Below are positions 30,020 to 39,976 of a stretch of DNA of 64,000 bases, one piece after another. The stretch comes from an uncultured delta proteobacterium (GTDB taxonomy: Bacteria; Desulfobacterota; RBG-13-43-22), in NCBI GenBank assembly GCA_963743305.1, contig CAVUPH010000007.1, positions 128,001-192,000 of the forward strand, written 5' to 3'. Positions within the stretch are counted from its first letter, which is position 1. Every line of letters starts with the position of its first letter. A program made the position numbers and the translations under genes. The notes beneath the pieces are model-generated. The model did no database searches. It saw only the letters and a list, made by a program, of their open reading frames with translations, and had not been told where the DNA came from.

Positions 30020-30409
30020 ATGCTCAATCGCCATCAGAACCGCCTATGCGCCGAATTTCCAGAGATTTTTCAAAATTATTTGGACCAAGCCAGCCGAATC
30101 GTTATCTTGCTGCTGGATCAGGAAAAGAACATTTTAGACTGCAACAAGGGTTTTTTGCGCGAATTCGGACTGGAAGAGAAGCCCTTAGGCGAGAATGTCA
30201 GAGATTTTACGGCACCCGGAGATTGGGAAAAACTGAAATTTCCAGAATTTATCCCTTTAAAACCACCGCTTCGGGGTGCCGCGCACGGTTTGGTTGATTA
30301 TCAGGAATCAAGCCTTGATTTTCTTGATCGGATGTCAAAGAAGCACTTTCTTCATTGTTGTGTTTTCAACCTCGGGACGCAATACCTTGTTTTCGGGGAA
30401 AAAAACTAA
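30020..30409 (+). CDS. stand-alone PAS-like protein
   Basis: LLLDQEKNILDCNKGF...G...PLGENV PAS pattern. Confidence 0.65.
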   Translation: MLNRHQNRLCAEFPEIFQNYLDQASRIVILLLDQEKNILDCNKGFLREFGLEEKPLGENVRDFTAPGDWEKLKFPEFIPLKPPLRGAAHGLVDYQESSLDFLDRMSKKHFLHCCVFNLGTQYLVFGEKN

Positions 30410-30444
30410 TATCCGCCGTATTTCCTCCTAGAGGAAGGTGACTG

Positions 30445-32127
30445 TTGGGGATCGGTCTGTCGATGAACACTTTTTGGATCATTTTAATTTTGGGTTCCGG
30501 AATGCTGGGAGGTCTGGTCTGTTGGCTGATCATGCGTCCGACCCGGCGGCGGGTGGATCTGTTGGCTCAAAAGATTAGGGGGATCGGCCCAGCCGGTTCG
30601 GCCAAGCGCCGGATCAGCCTTCCGAGTGAAGCCGACCAGATCACCCAATTGGCCGAATCTTTCAACCAATTGTTAGATAATCTGGAAGCGGCCCAGCAGG
30701 AAAAAAGCGAAGTGGAAGCGGACTTTAAGCGGTTGTTCCATCAGGGGTATACTGGAAATTACTGGTCCAGTCCGGAGGGCGAGATCCTGCGGTGCAACCC
30801 GGCTTTTGCCCAAATCTTGGGATACGATTCGGTCAAGGCCTTGGCCGGAGTTAACCTGAAATCTTTGGTAAAAGGGGCGACTCTATGGGAACAATGGAAG
30901 CAGGAACTGGGGAAAAATAAAAAGTTGGAATTTGAGGAGCAACCCTGGATAAAACGGGATCAGACCAACCTGATCGTCTCCGGAAAAATGCTGGCTATAA
31001 TGGACGATCAAGGGGAGATTATCCAGATCCAGGGATTTTTGCAAGATATTACTCGAAACCGGGCGATTGAGGAAGACCTGAAAAATTTGCGGGATTGCGA
31101 TCCCCTGACCGGATTATTGAACCGCTGGACGTTTGAGCAGGAAATGAAAAAAAATGACATCGGCCAAAGCGATCCGGTGGGGATTTTGATCGGTGATGTG
31201 AATGGGTTAAAATATGTCAACGATAACCTGGGACATGAGGCGGGCGACCGGCTCCTGGTGGCCAGCGCCCAAGCGATCCGGGATGCCTTTTCGGAAGATT
31301 GCCTGATGGCTCGGGTCGGGGGGGACGAATTCGCGGTGATGGTCGTTAAAACAGAGCGCCCTCTCTTTGAAAGGGCCAGGCAAAAAATCCGTGAGGCCGT
31401 CGACCACTATAACGGAGAAAACCCGGGTATACCGTTAAGTCTAGCCATCGGATTTCACCTCAACGATGAGGCGCCTTCTTCGGTTTATGAGATTTTTACT
31501 CAAGCCGAAAATAATTTGCTCCGGGAAAAGCTTCTTTGTAGTCAAAGTATCCATAGTTCCGTGGTGCAGACCTTAAACAAGGCCCTGGAGATGCGGGATT
31601 TTATAACCGGGGGGCATGCGCACCGAATCCGGGAAATAGCGGAAAAGTTGGCCCGGGCCATCGGGTTACCGGAGCGCAGCGTCATTGATATGCGGCTCCT
31701 GGCCCAATTTCATGATATCGGGAAAGTGGGGATCCCCGACCGGATATTGATGAAGCCGGGCCCTTTGTCGCCGGAAGAAGCCATAGAGATGCAGAGGCAT
31801 AGTGAAGTGGGCTATCGAATCGCCCTGGCGGCGACCGACTTGGTGCCCATAGCCGACTGGATCTTGAAACATCACGAGTGGTGGAACGGCCAGGGATATC
31901 CTGGAGGGCTTAAAGGGGAAAAAATTCCCCTGGAGTCCCGCATCTTGGCCATTGTGGACTCCTACGACGTCATCACCAATGATCGTCCTTACCGAAAGGC
32001 GGCGCCCCATGAGGAAGCGCTGAAAGAGATTAAAAAGTACGCCGGAATACAGTTCGATCCGTATTTGGTCAGGATGTTTTGTCAGCTTTTTGAACAGCCG
32101 AATTCGAATGGAGTGAATCCGTTATGA
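30445..32127 (+). CDS. TM-HAMP-PAS-GGDEF-HD-GYP c-di-GMP enzyme
   Basis: DPLTGLLNR, VNDNLGH, RVGGDEF, HDIGKVGIPD, HHEWWNGQGYP. Confidence 0.93.
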   Translation: MGIGLSMNTFWIILILGSGMLGGLVCWLIMRPTRRRVDLLAQKIRGIGPAGSAKRRISLPSEADQITQLAESFNQLLDNLEAAQQEKSEVEADFKRLFHQGYTGNYWSSPEGEILRCNPAFAQILGYDSVKALAGVNLKSLVKGATLWEQWKQELGKNKKLEFEEQPWIKRDQTNLIVSGKMLAIMDDQGEIIQIQGFLQDITRNRAIEEDLKNLRDCDPLTGLLNRWTFEQEMKKNDIGQSDPVGILIGDVNGLKYVNDNLGHEAGDRLLVASAQAIRDAFSEDCLMARVGGDEFAVMVVKTERPLFERARQKIREAVDHYNGENPGIPLSLAIGFHLNDEAPSSVYEIFTQAENNLLREKLLCSQSIHSSVVQTLNKALEMRDFITGGHAHRIREIAEKLARAIGLPERSVIDMRLLAQFHDIGKVGIPDRILMKPGPLSPEEAIEMQRHSEVGYRIALAATDLVPIADWILKHHEWWNGQGYPGGLKGEKIPLESRILAIVDSYDVITNDRPYRKAAPHEEALKEIKKYAGIQFDPYLVRMFCQLFEQPNSNGVNPL

Positions 32128-32465
32128 TTATCAGGAATCTTTTGCACCCCGAGGTCCAGGCCACCCGCTACCGGGCCCACGATGGGGGCGTGGCCCACAT
32201 GGTCCTGGACAACCGTCACCTGCAAACGCTTATGTTTCTGGCCCAGGCTGCCGTGCCTTCGGGAGAAAAATTGTCCGGCCACCGGGACCCCATGGAAGAA
32301 ATCTATATTATCCAATGCGGGCATGGAAGGATGCAGGTCGGGGAGGAGCGGCAGGAAGTTCAGGCTGGTGATGCCATCCACATTCCCATCGGCCAATATC
32401 ATGAACTGATCAATACCGGTCAAGAGGAATTATCCATCTTGGTGGTGGCCGGGCTGATTCCCTAA
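32124..32465 (+). CDS. cupin domain protein
   Basis: H...MEEIYII..G.G and GDAIHIPIGQYHELIN; ATGA overlap with the previous gene. Confidence 0.88.
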   Translation: MIIRNLLHPEVQATRYRAHDGGVAHMVLDNRHLQTLMFLAQAAVPSGEKLSGHRDPMEEIYIIQCGHGRMQVGEERQEVQAGDAIHIPIGQYHELINTGQEELSILVVAGLIP

Positions 32466-32758
32466 CAAGGCGGTAGAATTCGGCCCACGTAGGCATTCAA
32501 TAATCATTAATAATTAACAGCAGACCGGGCATTCGTCCGGTAGATCGGCGTCGAAAACATAACCGCAAACCTGACAGACATGATAAACGACCCCCCGCTT
32601 TTTCATAGATAATTGACCCTCCTGTTTCAATCTCATTGACAGACCCGGCCGATCGGGTTATATTATCAGCAATCAAAGGGAAATGAATTTTTTTATTCCG
32701 ATCCGACACTTAGGCGTTAAAGAGACCTAGAGTCCCTTGACTGGATAGAAGGAAAGTT

Positions 32759-33730
32759 ATGCCGGAAAAAGATTATTACAAAGTATTAGGGGTGGAAAAG
32801 AAGGCCTCCGAGGAGGCGATTAAGAAGGTCTATCGCAAGCTGGCCATGAAATATCATCCCGACCGCAATAAAGGGGATAAAAAAGCGGAAGAAAAATTTA
32901 AGGAAATCAGCGAGGCCTACGCGGTCCTGAGCGACAAGGAAAAGAGAAAACAATACGATACCTATGGGGCCGACGGGTTTCAGCAGCGTTACAGCCAGGA
33001 AGACATCTTTCGCGGGTTCGATTTTAATAATATTTTCAGAGAATTTGGATTCGGCGGCGGTGGCGGAGGTTCTGAAAATATATTTTCAGGTCGGGGACGG
33101 AGCAGCGGCGGGCGCCAGTATCGAACCTATGTCCACCCCGGAGGCGACCGGGCCTATGAGTACGGAGACCCTTTTGGACAATATGGTGGGGGCGCCGGAA
33201 TGCCGCAACAAGGGGCTGACCGTTTATATGAATTGGCCATCACCCTTCAGGAGGCGGCCAAAGGGGGCGAAAAGACCCTCACTTTCCCGTCCAGCAACAA
33301 GATGGAGAAGGTTTCCATCAAAATTCCGGCGGGGATTACCACGGGTAAGAAGTTGCGGATTGCCGCTAAAGGAGAACCAGGGCTATTCAAGGGCCCTCCC
33401 GGAGATCTGTATATCCAGATTAAAGTGTTAGAGGACCCCCTCTTTAAAGTGGAAGGTCATAACCTGGTCGTGGAAAAGACGATCAGTTTTAGTCAGGCGG
33501 CCCTGGGAACCCGGTTGGAGGTCCCTACCTTGGGGGGGAAGGCGTTACAAGTCAAAATTCCTCCGGGAACCCAGCCACAGGCCAAGTTGCGACTTAAAGG
33601 CTACGGGCTCCCCCCTTTCGGCGATAAAATCCAAGGGGACCAGATTGTCAAAATTATCCTGGAAGTCCCTCAGAAACTGACTGACCCTCAGAGAAAAATC
33701 CTTGAAAATCTGGCTAAGGAAGGCCTCTAA
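32759..33730 (+). CDS. cbpA: class B J-domain chaperone (CbpA-like)
   Basis: KDYY..LGV, YHPDRN, G/F-rich linker, no zinc finger, DnaJ C-terminal domain. Confidence 0.88.
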   Translation: MPEKDYYKVLGVEKKASEEAIKKVYRKLAMKYHPDRNKGDKKAEEKFKEISEAYAVLSDKEKRKQYDTYGADGFQQRYSQEDIFRGFDFNNIFREFGFGGGGGGSENIFSGRGRSSGGRQYRTYVHPGGDRAYEYGDPFGQYGGGAGMPQQGADRLYELAITLQEAAKGGEKTLTFPSSNKMEKVSIKIPAGITTGKKLRIAAKGEPGLFKGPPGDLYIQIKVLEDPLFKVEGHNLVVEKTISFSQAALGTRLEVPTLGGKALQVKIPPGTQPQAKLRLKGYGLPPFGDKIQGDQIVKIILEVPQKLTDPQRKILENLAKEGL

Positions 33731-33788
33731 ACTGTCGCATCCGGGTCCTGCTTAACGTTCAAGGACTATCCTTGAGAAAGGCCTGCCG

Positions 33789-33819
33789 CCGTCCCGCCCC
33801 CCCGGCGGGATGGTTTTTT
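33789..33819 (+). terminator. rho-independent terminator
   Basis: CCGTCCCGCC-loop-GGCGGGATGG followed by a T run. Confidence 0.65.
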
Positions 33820-33892
33820 AAGGGGCATCTTGAGTCCAGTGCCCGCCTTCTCAGCAGCGGCTTCCATTCTTGAGTACCAATCTTTAAACCCT

Positions 33893-34897
33893 ATGCCTAT
33901 TTTTCAACATTTAGCGATTGACTTGGGCACCACCTATTCGGTGGTTTGGATCCAGTCGTCGAATAACTTTGTCCAGGAGCCGACTTTTGTGGCCTTTAAG
34001 CGCCGGGATCGTCAGCCCCTGGCCATTGGTGGGGAGGCCAAACGGATGTCTGGCCTGACCCCGAACCATATTCAGGTCATCCAGCCTCTCAGGGAGGGGG
34101 TCATCTCGGATTTTGAAGTCTGCAGCGTTTTTTTGCAAACCCTGATTAAGAGGGTTTTATCCAAGCGGAAGGGATTCGTTCGAAATGTTCTGTTTTGTCT
34201 CCCTTGGGGGGCTACGGACGTTGAGATCCGAGCCTATCGGAAGCAGTTGGAGCTCTACCCTTTTTCCCGTATTTTTCTAGTCCGGGAGCCTTTGGCTGCG
34301 GCCTTGGGGGCTGATATCCCCATAGAAAATCCCGACGGAAATATTCTGGTGGACCTGGGCGGCGGGACTACGGAAATAACCACCTTGGCGATAAACGGGA
34401 TCGTCCACTGCAATTCTCTGAAAACCGGAGGAAACAGCATGGACCAGACCATTCAGCATGAAATCGAGCTCAAAAAACAATTTTGCATCGGGTTGACCAC
34501 CGCCGAAAGCATCAAAATAAATCATGGGACCATTGCTCCGCTGATCGAAGATTATTCTTTTGACATCAAAGGCTTTAATCGGCGTAATCTTCTTCCTCGG
34601 AGGATGTCCCTGGGGACCGCCGAGATACGAGACAGCTTGGAGCCCATCGTTCAAAAAATACTCCTGGGCATCAATTCGGCCTTCGAGTCACTGACCCCCG
34701 AACTGGCGGCGGACATTTCCACCAACGGGATCACTCTGGTGGGAGGGGGAGCCTATCTGCGGGGTTGGTCGGAGCGAATCAAGGATCGCTTTAATCTGCC
34801 CGTCCATATTCCCTCCAAACCGCACCTCTGCGTTATTAGAGGCATGCAAAAAATACTTAAAAGGTTTAAGACCTACCGTTTTCTTCTTGAGGAATAG
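33893..34897 (+). CDS. mreB: MreB/Mbl-family actin-like protein (divergent paralogue)
   Basis: AIDLGT, PLREGVISDF, EPLAAALGA, DLGGGTTE, LVGGGA. ATG 33893 chosen as start. Confidence 0.85.
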   Translation: MPIFQHLAIDLGTTYSVVWIQSSNNFVQEPTFVAFKRRDRQPLAIGGEAKRMSGLTPNHIQVIQPLREGVISDFEVCSVFLQTLIKRVLSKRKGFVRNVLFCLPWGATDVEIRAYRKQLELYPFSRIFLVREPLAAALGADIPIENPDGNILVDLGGGTTEITTLAINGIVHCNSLKTGGNSMDQTIQHEIELKKQFCIGLTTAESIKINHGTIAPLIEDYSFDIKGFNRRNLLPRRMSLGTAEIRDSLEPIVQKILLGINSAFESLTPELAADISTNGITLVGGGAYLRGWSERIKDRFNLPVHIPSKPHLCVIRGMQKILKRFKTYRFLLEE

Positions 34898-34932
34898 CCT
34901 TTCTCCTGCCGAGAATCGAGCGCCTTACCGCT

Positions 34933-35424
34933 TCAGAAGATTTCAAAAGGATATTCGGCCAGGAATCGGTTGTCCAGAAAAAGACGGGCTTTCCAGGGTC
35001 CGATAAACTTGCTTTCGGAGGAAGAGAGGTTCCATAATCTTTTCTTGAAAGACAGCCAGCCCCAGGTTCGGTAATTGATGGTACCTTCGGGAACGGAAAA
35101 TTTAAAACGGGTGGTTTCCTGGATTTTTTGATCCGGGCGGACCCAGTATACCATGAACTGATGGGAGTTTTTGAGGCCGGTCCAGACGGTAACCAGGTAA
35201 ATACGATCACTCATAGAAAAGCGGCTGGATGGCGCGAGATTGGTGAGATCCTTGGTCATCAGGGATTGAAAAGTCGGAGCGGGCGCGGAGTGCAGGGTAT
35301 TCGGGAGGAAAAGGATCAGCAGTGCCGCAATAAGCCACCCGGGCCCCCTATTGGATAGAAGCCGACAGCCCTTGACTTTGAATAATTTCTTTGACGAAAT
35401 AGATGGGTTTGTTTTGAGATTCAT
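34933..35424 (-). CDS. hypothetical exported beta-sandwich protein
   Basis: Hydrophobic signal-like segment, WVRPD, GPWKARLFLD. True start probably downstream of 35424. Confidence 0.65.
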   Translation of the reverse strand: MNLKTNPSISSKKLFKVKGCRLLSNRGPGWLIAALLILFLPNTLHSAPAPTFQSLMTKDLTNLAPSSRFSMSDRIYLVTVWTGLKNSHQFMVYWVRPDQKIQETTRFKFSVPEGTINYRTWGWLSFKKRLWNLSSSESKFIGPWKARLFLDNRFLAEYPFEIF

Positions 35425-36313
35425 GATAGGTGCGGACCTGCAACTCCCCGAGAAGTCCGATGCTTATGAATTGTATTCCTATAAATATCAATAAAATCGC
35501 CAGAAGTAAAATGGGACGGTTGGACAGGGCTATTCCCATGAAAAGCCGCTCAATGGATAAATAACCGGCCAGGATAAATCCGAAGAATCCGGACAGGATT
35601 CCCCAGAGACCGAATACATGGATAGGGCGGGTAGAATAGGTCAGTAAAAATTTTACGGTGATCAGGTCCAGAATAACCCGAACTGTACGGGAAAGTCCGT
35701 ACTTGGAGCGTCCAAATTTTCGGGGGCGATGGTTAACCGGGATTTCGGCGATACTGACGCCCATCCAACTGGCAATGGCCGGAATGAAGCGGTGCATTTC
35801 CCCATAGAGGCGGATATTTTTAGCCACCTCCCGCCGAAAAGCCTTCAGGGTGCAGCCGTAATCGTGTAGTTTTACCCCTGTGACCCAGGAGATCATTTTA
35901 TTGGCCCAATGAGACGGAAGCCGCCTGGTTAAAAAGGGATCTTTTCTCTTCTCACGCCAGCCGCTGACAATGTCATAGCCCTCCTTCATTTTCTCCATCA
36001 GCCGCGGGATATCGGTCGGGTCGTTTTGCAGGTCCCCGTCCAGGGTGACGATGATCTCACCTTCCGCAGAATCAAATCCGGCGGCCATTGCCGCGGTCTG
36101 TCCGAAATTTTTACGAAACCGAATTAACCGAAAATGGGTGAATCGGAGCAGCTCTTTCTTCAAGAGTTCGAAGGTTCCATCTCCGCTTCCGTCATCAATG
36201 GCCACCACTTCGTAAGTCCAGTTCGTTGGCTGGAGGGCCTGGTAAATCTCATCCAGGAGGAAAGGGATGTTTTTGTGTTCGTTGTAGAAAGGGATGACGA
36301 TGGAAAGATCCAC
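35348..36313 (-). CDS. GT2 polyprenyl-phosphate glycosyltransferase (ArnC/GtrB-like)
   Basis: SIVIPFYNE, DDGSGD, NFGQTAA, LDGDLQNDP, two C-terminal TM helices. Confidence 0.93.
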   Translation of the reverse strand: MDLSIVIPFYNEHKNIPFLLDEIYQALQPTNWTYEVVAIDDGSGDGTFELLKKELLRFTHFRLIRFRKNFGQTAAMAAGFDSAEGEIIVTLDGDLQNDPTDIPRLMEKMKEGYDIVSGWREKRKDPFLTRRLPSHWANKMISWVTGVKLHDYGCTLKAFRREVAKNIRLYGEMHRFIPAIASWMGVSIAEIPVNHRPRKFGRSKYGLSRTVRVILDLITVKFLLTYSTRPIHVFGLWGILSGFFGFILAGYLSIERLFMGIALSNRPILLLAILLIFIGIQFISIGLLGELQVRTYHESQNKPIYFVKEIIQSQGLSASIQ

Positions 36314-36467
36314 TACCGGTCCTCTTAAGGGTCCATCTGTTGGGCTATACCAGGGAGGGCCTTAGCGCCGGAGCCGCCAGGAAGCCTTCCACAATAAAAT
36401 AGAATGGAATTCCCTATAGTTAAAAGATTTCTTGCATCTTGAAGCAGGGGGCATTAAAAGTCAAGGG

Positions 36468-37016
36468 TTATTTGTTGGCTGACTCTTTCCTATATTTCCA
36501 GGAGGCAAACCAGAGTGGAAAGAGGAGACAGCTTTCCACCAGGAGGACGTAGGCATTTTGAGACCAGAAATCAGGTTGTCTAAAATCCCGGACTGAAGCA
36601 GGGAAGATGGGCAGTGGGGAGGTCTGCGGATTATCTGAAAAAGGCCAGAAAAGAGGAAAACCGATGGGGGGGCGATGGTCTTCCGTAAAGAAGTCCAAAA
36701 TAAGATGGGAACCAATGAGGAGCAGCAGAAGGCTGCTCCACTTTATCCAGGAGGATCCGGTATACCGCAGTCGAAGGATTGATCCAAAACTTAGGGCCAG
36801 AACAACGACCACGATCAGGCTGTGGGAATAAGTTTGGTGAAACCGGCTAGGGTCTCCTAAAAGGAGGCCGGGGATGAAATCCAGGTCCGGCGCCAGGGAA
36901 GCGGCCGCCACCCAGCCGTTTAGAGCCCAAGGCTTAATTGGAAAATCCCGACTTCCGAAGGGCCAAAGATTGAAAAGGGTGAATCCCAGCAGGGTATGGG
37001 CAACTGGCGAAGGCAT
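36468..37016 (-). CDS. YdjM-family membrane metal-dependent hydrolase
   Basis: PVAH, APDLD, HQTYSHS, SHLILD, LFWPFS. Confidence 0.88.
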   Translation of the reverse strand: MPSPVAHTLLGFTLFNLWPFGSRDFPIKPWALNGWVAAASLAPDLDFIPGLLLGDPSRFHQTYSHSLIVVVVLALSFGSILRLRYTGSSWIKWSSLLLLLIGSHLILDFFTEDHRPPIGFPLFWPFSDNPQTSPLPIFPASVRDFRQPDFWSQNAYVLLVESCLLFPLWFASWKYRKESANK

Positions 37017-37226
37017 GCTAAATCGGCAGGTCCAAGCAGTCAAATAAAACGAATATTTTCACCGGCTACCCTCCATAGCTCCGGGGGGAGCAGGTTACAG
37101 GTTGAAAATTGGTTCAATCCATGGGAATATGGACCCTATATTTTATTCTAACGAATTCTTTAGCCCGATGCAAAGGGGAATTCGTCCCATAATCATATAT
37201 TCGTTCCTCTACCTTCAGACCTGCGA

Positions 37227-39948
37227 ATGACGAAAAAGAAAGCCTCCATGAAGCGCCTCTACTGGCTGGGACTCCTTTTGCTGTTGGGGGCCGGGATTCG
37301 CCTGCTTTATCTGGTATACCCCTACATGGATGCGGACCAGGCTATCAACGGGTTGATGGCCCGCCACGTCCTCCTGGGAGAATTTCCGATATTTTTTTAT
37401 GGGCAGGAATATTGCGGCAGTATTGAGGCCTACCTGGTTTCCACCGTCTTTTTCCTCTTCGGTTCCTCCCGGTTTACCCTCGGGCTGACCGTCGCCCTGC
37501 TCTCCCTTTTTCTGATTTTCTTTATTTATCGGCTCACCGCCCTCCTGCTGGACCGGAAAACCGCCCTGGTGGCCGCGTTGTTGACGGCCTTTCCTTCCTA
37601 TTACTTCGTCTTCCATTCGGTCCTGGCTCGATCGGCCTATATGGAATCTCCGGTCCTGGGGGTATTGCTCTTCATTTCAGCGGGCCACCTCCTCTACGCC
37701 CAAGACCGGCATCCCGTCCAATATTTGTGGCTGGGCCTGCTCGGCGGACTGGGTCTCTGGACCCATTTTTTGTTTGTTTTTTATCTGACTCCGGTCGGCC
37801 TGCTCCTGCTGCTCAAGGAAAAGGTCTTCTGGCGGGACCCCAGGGTTTTGGGGTACCTGTCAGCCGGGCTGCTGCTGGGGGGGTTGCCGCTCTGGGTGTA
37901 CAACACGATCCACCCGCTGGCCACCTGGGTCCAACTGCAGCACAGTCCGATCCATGAACCTTTCACGGACTCGCTGATGGCCTTTTTTTCGATCAGGCTC
38001 CCAGAATTGTTAGGCTTGCGCGACAGCCTGACGAATCACTACCTGATTCCCTATCTATCCCCGGCTACTTACGGGTTCCTACTCGCGGGTTTTCTTTATC
38101 TGGTCGCGATCCGGATCCAGTGGTTCGTGCAAGGTGTCCGTAAGGAGGAAGAATCCGGACAGGGTTTGGATCTTCTCTTGATTTTCATTTTCACCTATCC
38201 CTTGATTTTTTCCCTCAGCGGTTTTGCCGCCAACCATACCACCCGATACCTGGTCCCTCTTTATCCGGCGCTTCCGATTTTATGGGCGGCACTTTTTTTT
38301 CATTCCCAAAGAAAGATCCCGACCCTGTCCTGGCTTTTATTGTTGGTGGTCTTGTGGGGAAACGGGTATGGTCTTTACCGATGGTGTTTGGTTTTTGATC
38401 CGGTCAAGGCCCATAGCTACCTGCAAAAAAGAATGGACGAGCGGTCCTTGTTTGCCTTTCTTCAAAGTCGGGGGCTCCGGGAGGTCTACGTGACCGATTA
38501 CTGGAAGGCCGTGCCGCTGACCTTCGATGCGGAAGAGAAGATCATTTTTGCGCAACCTTACCACGACCGCTTTCCATTTTTCACCCGCCTGGTGGACCGC
38601 TCCCCTCACCCGGCCTTTCTCAACACCGGGAACGAAAGCGTTTTTGAGAAAACCGTGGAGGCTATAGGTGGATCGCACAAAAAGGCGGGGCGGTGGCTTT
38701 ATTATGACTTTGTCCCCCCCCCCCTATGATTTTCTCGAGCTGTCGACGAACGGCTGGCAGGCCGGGCCTGATGGACCGGCGGCCGCCGCTACGTCGGCCT
38801 TTGACCGAGACCTTTCGACCCGCTGGAACCTGGGCGGCCCCATGAAACCCGGAGAGGCGTTCCAACTCGATTTAGGGAAAACCGTTCCAGATGTAAGCCG
38901 AGTCGTCCTGTTTGCCGGGAGCCCCGAAGGGATTCCCCGGGGTCTACGGTTGGAAGTATCCCGGGACGCTAAGAATTTTAAAACGGTAGTGGATATTCCG
39001 GATTATTGGACTTCCCTGGTCTGGTCCGGACCCCACCCCTTCTTCCGGGTGGAAAAAGGGATCACCGAGCTGGTGTTTACCCCTCAAGCCGGCCGTTATC
39101 TTAGAATTACCCAAACGAGGACCGACCCCCAAAATGCCTGGGAGATTGCTGAACTATTGGTTTACCGGGGGATACCCCGAGTCCAAAATGGTCTTCCGGC
39201 GGGTATTCCTCGGCTCTCGGCATTGATCGACCGTTTACGCGCGCTAAAAGAGGAGCGGGTTTTGGCCGATCCTTGGATTCAGGCCCAAGTGGCGTTTGAC
39301 CTGCCGGGTAAGAGAGCTGAACGGGAATCGGACAGGCTTCCGGAAACCGTGGGAGACTGCCTCCCACCCTTTCCGTTTCCGGCGATTATAGCCGGTCGTG
39401 AGCAGTCGAAGGCACTGAGGAATGACCTGGAACAGGTGGCTCCAGGAGTTTATTCGGCAGAAGAAATAAATGACCGGGTCCTCTTTGTCGGACGGAGTTT
39501 TGGAAAAGGTTACCGGAAGCTTCCCACTGCCGGGTGGCAAGTGTCGTCCAATTATAATAGACGAGAAGCCGAAAGGGCCATAGATGGTAAAATAAAGACC
39601 CGTTGGACCAGCGGCCGTCCTCAAGTCCCCGGTATGTTTTTCCGGATCGATCTGGGAAAATCGGAAAAGATCGCCCGAATCCGATTACGACTCGGGGATT
39701 CCTATCGGGATTTTCCCCGAGGCGCGGAGATTCGTTTTTCTTTGGACGGCCTTCGCTGGGGAAAGGCGGCACCTCTAAATATTCCTATTTATTGGACCGG
39801 AGAAAAACTCTTCAAAGATGATCGCAGCGGAGAAACGGACCTGGTTTTTCGAGAAACACCGGCGCGGTTTGTCGAGATCCTCCAAACCGGACAAGATTCC
39901 GTCTATTATTGGTCCATCCACGAATTGGAGCTTTTTGCTCACGAATAG
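37227..39948 (+). CDS. ArnT/PMT-like GT-C glycosyltransferase with two F5/8 discoidin domains, split at a C11 tract (38714-38724)
   Basis: DADQA..GLMA, PIFFYGQEY N-terminal GT-C region. Second ORF has AFDRDLSTRW and AIDGKIKTRW discoidin motifs. C10 would join the two frames. Confidence 0.8.
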
Positions 39949-39976
39949 GGGAGGGGCCGATCCGGCTCCTCTTCGC

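Noticed and set aside
32461-32495. CCTAACAAG after the cupin gene, and GTCTAAC at about 43844, as further attC sites
   Set aside because: No L boxes or complementary right arm.
32759-34897. cbpA and mreB as a J-protein/actin-fold ATPase functional pair
   Set aside because: A terminator separates them, and the ATPase is MreB-like with no Hsp70 substrate-binding domain.
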